From a virus, in the IMG/VR virus record IMGVR_UViG_3300045988_124583, positions 1 through 43,521 of that record: DNA of 43,521 bases; one strand, written 5' to 3'. Below the pieces are notes generated by a model. That model was not told the origin of the DNA, ran no database searches, and saw only the letters and a program-made list of their open reading frames with translations. This document shows, piece after piece, positions 40,847-43,521 of the stretch. Positions within the stretch are counted from its first letter, which is position 1; each line of letters begins with the position of its first letter. Position numbers and translations under genes: made by a program.

Positions 40847-42603
40847 TACAAATCACTCCCTCGCTCGATAGTTTGACAGATAGAGTATATCTTTGCGTCT
40901 CCCTCGCCAACGATCTTAAGCCGCAGGTGATCGCACCGCAGCGGTCTGATCGGAACGGGGAAAGATCTGAGGTTCATTCCCACCATGGTGAACAGATATT
41001 GCCAATGCCCGTCGGAATCATACTCGATAAAGAACATCACACGCGAGCCCACGGGAATATTCATTCTCACGTCAAGCCTTGAAATGTACTTTTTGTCGGG
41101 AGAATCCGTACCGATAACGCCCGTAACTGCTTCCCACTTGATAGGAGCGGTGTCGCGCGTACCCGTGCCAAGCACCGTTTTGATCTGCATATCAGAATAG
41201 TCGATATAGTAGAGATCACCACGCCAATTGCAGAACTGCATCACTTGAGTGTTATCCTCTCTGTGCCACATACCCTTTAAGGTGTCGTAAACAAAGAGAT
41301 CATGCCGCCCGCTATCGTTAAGCATGGAAACGTAATACTTGTTGCCAAGGTGTCCCGCTACCGCATTGCTGTACGATACGTCACCGAGAGCGGAAGAGAT
41401 TTCCACGGGGAGCGAGCCGTCGTAAGCGCATACCGCCGAACGCGCCTTGTAATACAAGGTTTCGTTTACAATGGCAAGGCTGCGCGAACAGCCGCTTTGT
41501 ACGCCTCTGCAAGCCGTTGTGAGTATCTGATAGTTTGCGGGGTAGTTGCCGTATACCTTGTGCACGCAGCCCTCCTTGAAGAAAAGCGGGTAGCCAAGGT
41601 GAGCAATAGCACCGGTAAACGGTCCGTCCGTACCAACGGTCACAGCATAAGAGTCGGTGGAAATGCCCGCAAAGCAATTCCAATTCTTAAAGTCGCCAAG
41701 CTTGCAGGCGTAGATCTCGTTTACCATATTGCCGCTGACGTCTGCACCGTAGCGGCAGCCCCAAAGGCGGTTTTCCGACTCTATGATAAAGTCCATATTA
41801 GGCATCTGCCGCTTTACCGTAACGGCTGCTTCCTGCGTGACCACTTGGTCGATAATACCTGTAACCACGATATAACCGTCGCCTCTTGCCTGTATCACCA
41901 TAGAGCTGTTCAGATCGGCAAGTGACAAGTCCTCTATACCGGAGATCGTAACGCCGTCGCCCTCGGAAAATGGAATGCCAATGCCGGAAGCGGATATTTT
42001 CACGTAGGTCGATGCAATGCTGACCCACATAGCACTCGTAGCGGAATACTGCTTCAAGGCGTTTGGTATGGTAGAGGTGTCAAGCCACAAGGCCATATTC
42101 GCGGGATTTGTCGGTGCTGTCGGTTGAATAGCCATATTGCCGTATGTCTCACCGTCGATCTTGCATAGCGAGATTGTCACGGTGGATTTCGTGGTCACGG
42201 TCGCCTCTATGCTGCCGTTGTCCGTAGGGTTGGCGGTATTGATATATTTTTTATCGGGCATAATAATGACGTATGCACCCATAGAAATCAAGGTTTTGGG
42301 GATAACCTTGCCGTTTGCGTCCTTGTCAACGGTAAGCCCCATAGAAATTCGCTCTTCGCCAAGGATAAAGTCACCGCCGTCCACGTGGCATAGCGTATCC
42401 TTTGCGATCATGCCTTGCACAACGCTCGGTACTGCAAAGACGCCACGCGCAGGGCGAGGAGAGAGAACGGGATAATCGGCAGAAGTCAAGTTTGTCATGT
42501 CGTAAAACTCGCCGTCACCGATGCGGAGATTGTGATTATATCCACGGAACACGTCAATCATTTTTCTTGATGCCTGAAGTTCAGACAAAAAAGGGTATTT
42601 CAT
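40846..42603 (-). CDS. Large virion/tail structural protein (585 aa), possibly nozzle/adaptor-like
   Basis: I place the start at ATG 42603 (GGGAGGA SD). The protein is beta-rich with repeated ...YY...D motifs suggesting a propeller-like fold. It lies downstream of the small head-completion-like genes. Confidence 0.6.
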   Translation of the reverse strand: MKYPFLSELQASRKMIDVFRGYNHNLRIGDGEFYDMTNLTSADYPVLSPRPARGVFAVPSVVQGMIAKDTLCHVDGGDFILGEERISMGLTVDKDANGKVIPKTLISMGAYVIIMPDKKYINTANPTDNGSIEATVTTKSTVTISLCKIDGETYGNMAIQPTAPTNPANMALWLDTSTIPNALKQYSATSAMWVSIASTYVKISASGIGIPFSEGDGVTISGIEDLSLADLNSSMVIQARGDGYIVVTGIIDQVVTQEAAVTVKRQMPNMDFIIESENRLWGCRYGADVSGNMVNEIYACKLGDFKNWNCFAGISTDSYAVTVGTDGPFTGAIAHLGYPLFFKEGCVHKVYGNYPANYQILTTACRGVQSGCSRSLAIVNETLYYKARSAVCAYDGSLPVEISSALGDVSYSNAVAGHLGNKYYVSMLNDSGRHDLFVYDTLKGMWHREDNTQVMQFCNWRGDLYYIDYSDMQIKTVLGTGTRDTAPIKWEAVTGVIGTDSPDKKYISRLDVRMNIPVGSRVMFFIEYDSDGHWQYLFTMVGMNLRSFPVPIRPLRCDHLRLKIVGEGDAKIYSICQTIERGSDL

Positions 42604-42617
42604 GATCATTCCTCCCG

Positions 42618-42992
42618 TCAAAAGATAAATCTGCGTCCGCGGCTGATCGGCATATGGTCTCTGTTGTAGTGCTTTTCAAAGGCGGTGTACACAGAGTTAT
42701 ACATCACCATGCTGTTGTTGTACTTGCCGTACTCGTTGTTGGCATAGTCGATCTGCATTTCAAGATAACGGATATACACCTCGTCGTAAGGCGCAGGCAC
42801 AAGAAGCTTTGTGTTAGGGTCTGTATCTGCCGTATATCCGGAAAAGGCAACGTTATCGCCGCCCTCGTGCGTATCAATGATCTCTGCCTTAATCGTACCG
42901 TCAAGCTCCGAAAGCCACCTGATTTTCTCCCCTTGTGAGTAAGTGTTGGGCTTCACGGCATCTACGCGATTGATCGCCTCGATGATTGTCAT
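42618..42992 (-). CDS. Head-completion/adaptor-like protein (124 aa)
   Basis: ORF in the position of head-tail connector genes. No motif recognised. Confidence 0.5.
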   Translation of the reverse strand: MTIIEAINRVDAVKPNTYSQGEKIRWLSELDGTIKAEIIDTHEGGDNVAFSGYTADTDPNTKLLVPAPYDEVYIRYLEMQIDYANNEYGKYNNSMVMYNSVYTAFEKHYNRDHMPISRGRRFIF

Positions 42993-43035
42993 GTAAGTAT
43001 CCTCCTATCAAAAAAGGGGGCAAACGCCCCCAATG

Positions 43036-43284
43036 TTATGTGGACGCTCCGGGCAATGGCTGATTTGCCTTTTGGAGAAGCTCGTCAACTCGCTCGTCCA
43101 TAATATTCTGTGCCGCAAAGGATCTGTCGATCTCTGCCTTGATGTGGGGCGGCACCAAAGATGTCTTGCCTCTCGGAAGAAGGTAGTTTACACCGTTCAC
43201 TCCGACAAAGAAGTTAGGCTCGTCGTTCGCCGCGCCTCTCGGAATATATACCTCAACGCGGTCGTCGTGCTTGGTTGTTGCCAT
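43036..43284 (-). CDS. Hypothetical small virion-module protein (82 aa)
   Basis: AAGGAGGA SD. First gene after the capsid gene. Confidence 0.55.
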   Translation of the reverse strand: MATTKHDDRVEVYIPRGAANDEPNFFVGVNGVNYLLPRGKTSLVPPHIKAEIDRSFAAQNIMDERVDELLQKANQPLPGAST

Positions 43285-43313
43285 AATGCTTATCCTCCTT
43301 AAAGAATGGGAGA

Positions 43314-43342
43314 GGGGCGGGGCTTATAAAACCTCGCCCCCC
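43314..43342 (-). terminator. GC-rich stem-loop after the capsid gene (weak or attenuating terminator)
   Basis: Minus-strand RNA forms GGGGCGAGG-loop-CCCCGCCCC followed by a poor U tract (UCUCCCAUUCUUU). Confidence 0.4.
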
Positions 43343-43351
43343 TTTGAAATA

Positions 43352-43521
43352 TTAGTTAGGATCGTCGGTTGCGCTGTAGCTCGAGCAGCTCATGATACGC
43401 AGCACGCGCTCTGCATAGAGCACGGTCGCGCCGTTGGTCTCGAACTTGTAGCCAATGGTGCTGAACTGATTGAGAGGACCGCCTACCTGAGACTTGTCCT
43501 TCACGATCATTTCAAGCGCAC
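43352..43521 (-). CDS. Major capsid protein 3' end (...NGATVLYAERVLRIMSCSSYSATDDPN, stop TAA at 43352-43354); 43403-43521 duplicates nt 1-119
   Basis: The frame is continuous with feature 1..1041 across the circular junction. Confidence 0.85.
   Translation of the reverse strand, partial: ALEMIVKDKSQVGGPLNQFSTIGYKFETNGATVLYAERVLRIMSCSSYSATDDPN
43403..43521. repeat. Terminal overlap, copy 2 (identical to 1-119)
   Basis: Direct comparison. Confidence 0.95.

Larger units (their letters stand above)
1..43402. mobile_element. Complete temperate phage genome in circular form; unit length 43,402 bp
   Basis: All modules are present: packaging, head, virion/tail, lysis, integrase, genetic switch, replication/recombination. 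An identical 119-nt sequence at both window ends closes the capsid gene in frame. Confidence 0.9.

Noticed and set aside
1-43521. Looked for tRNA, rRNA, CRISPR arrays, transposase/IS elements, reverse transcriptase (DGR) and a tail-chaperone slippery site
   Set aside because: I saw no cloverleaf-like or array-like sequence and no RT or transposase motifs. There is no tape-measure context in which a chaperone frameshift would apply.

Overview
The window is a complete temperate phage genome closed into a circle. Nt 43403-43521 are identical to nt 1-119, the unit length is 43,402 bp, and the junction closes the major capsid gene in frame. Strong GGAGG-type Shine-Dalgarno (SD) sites, an L27/Prp-type LNLQLFA capsid propeptide, an SPOR-amidase endolysin and a large serine integrase point to a Bacillota (Clostridia-like) host; this is inference. 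Almost everything is transcribed on the minus strand. The order is Cro-like regulator (16073), early, replication and recombination genes (15836 to 6566), a terminator, then terS, terL, portal, Prp-like protease, scaffold and capsid (6444 to 1, wrapping to 43352). Next come adaptor and tail genes (43284 to 39279), a giant gene (39262 to 24374), fibre-like genes, and the lysis cassette (down to 19140). Only the lysogeny module is on the plus strand (16258-19042: two XRE regulators, a small membrane protein and the serine integrase). I see no tRNA, rRNA or CRISPR array. The outstanding feature is one uninterrupted 14,889-nt ORF (4,962 aa, about a third of the genome). It reads as a polyvalent protein with Gly-rich hydrophobic segments, two HExxH zincin motifs, an N6-adenine methyltransferase (MTase), an SNF2 helicase, an ADP-ribosyltransferase (ART)-like domain and a repeat/TM-rich C-terminus. 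It sits where ejection or tape-measure proteins normally sit. Two small SD-led ORFs are overprinted inside it, both in the +1 frame and both at domain junctions where the main frame is low-complexity. Other notable points are a phage-encoded Prp-like protease with matching cleavage motifs on capsid and scaffold, a circularly permuted C5-MTase, iterons inside the replisome-organizer gene, a GTGTC-N6-GACAC operator set, and a candidate attP beside the integrase. All family names come from reading motifs by eye and from memory; no database search was run.
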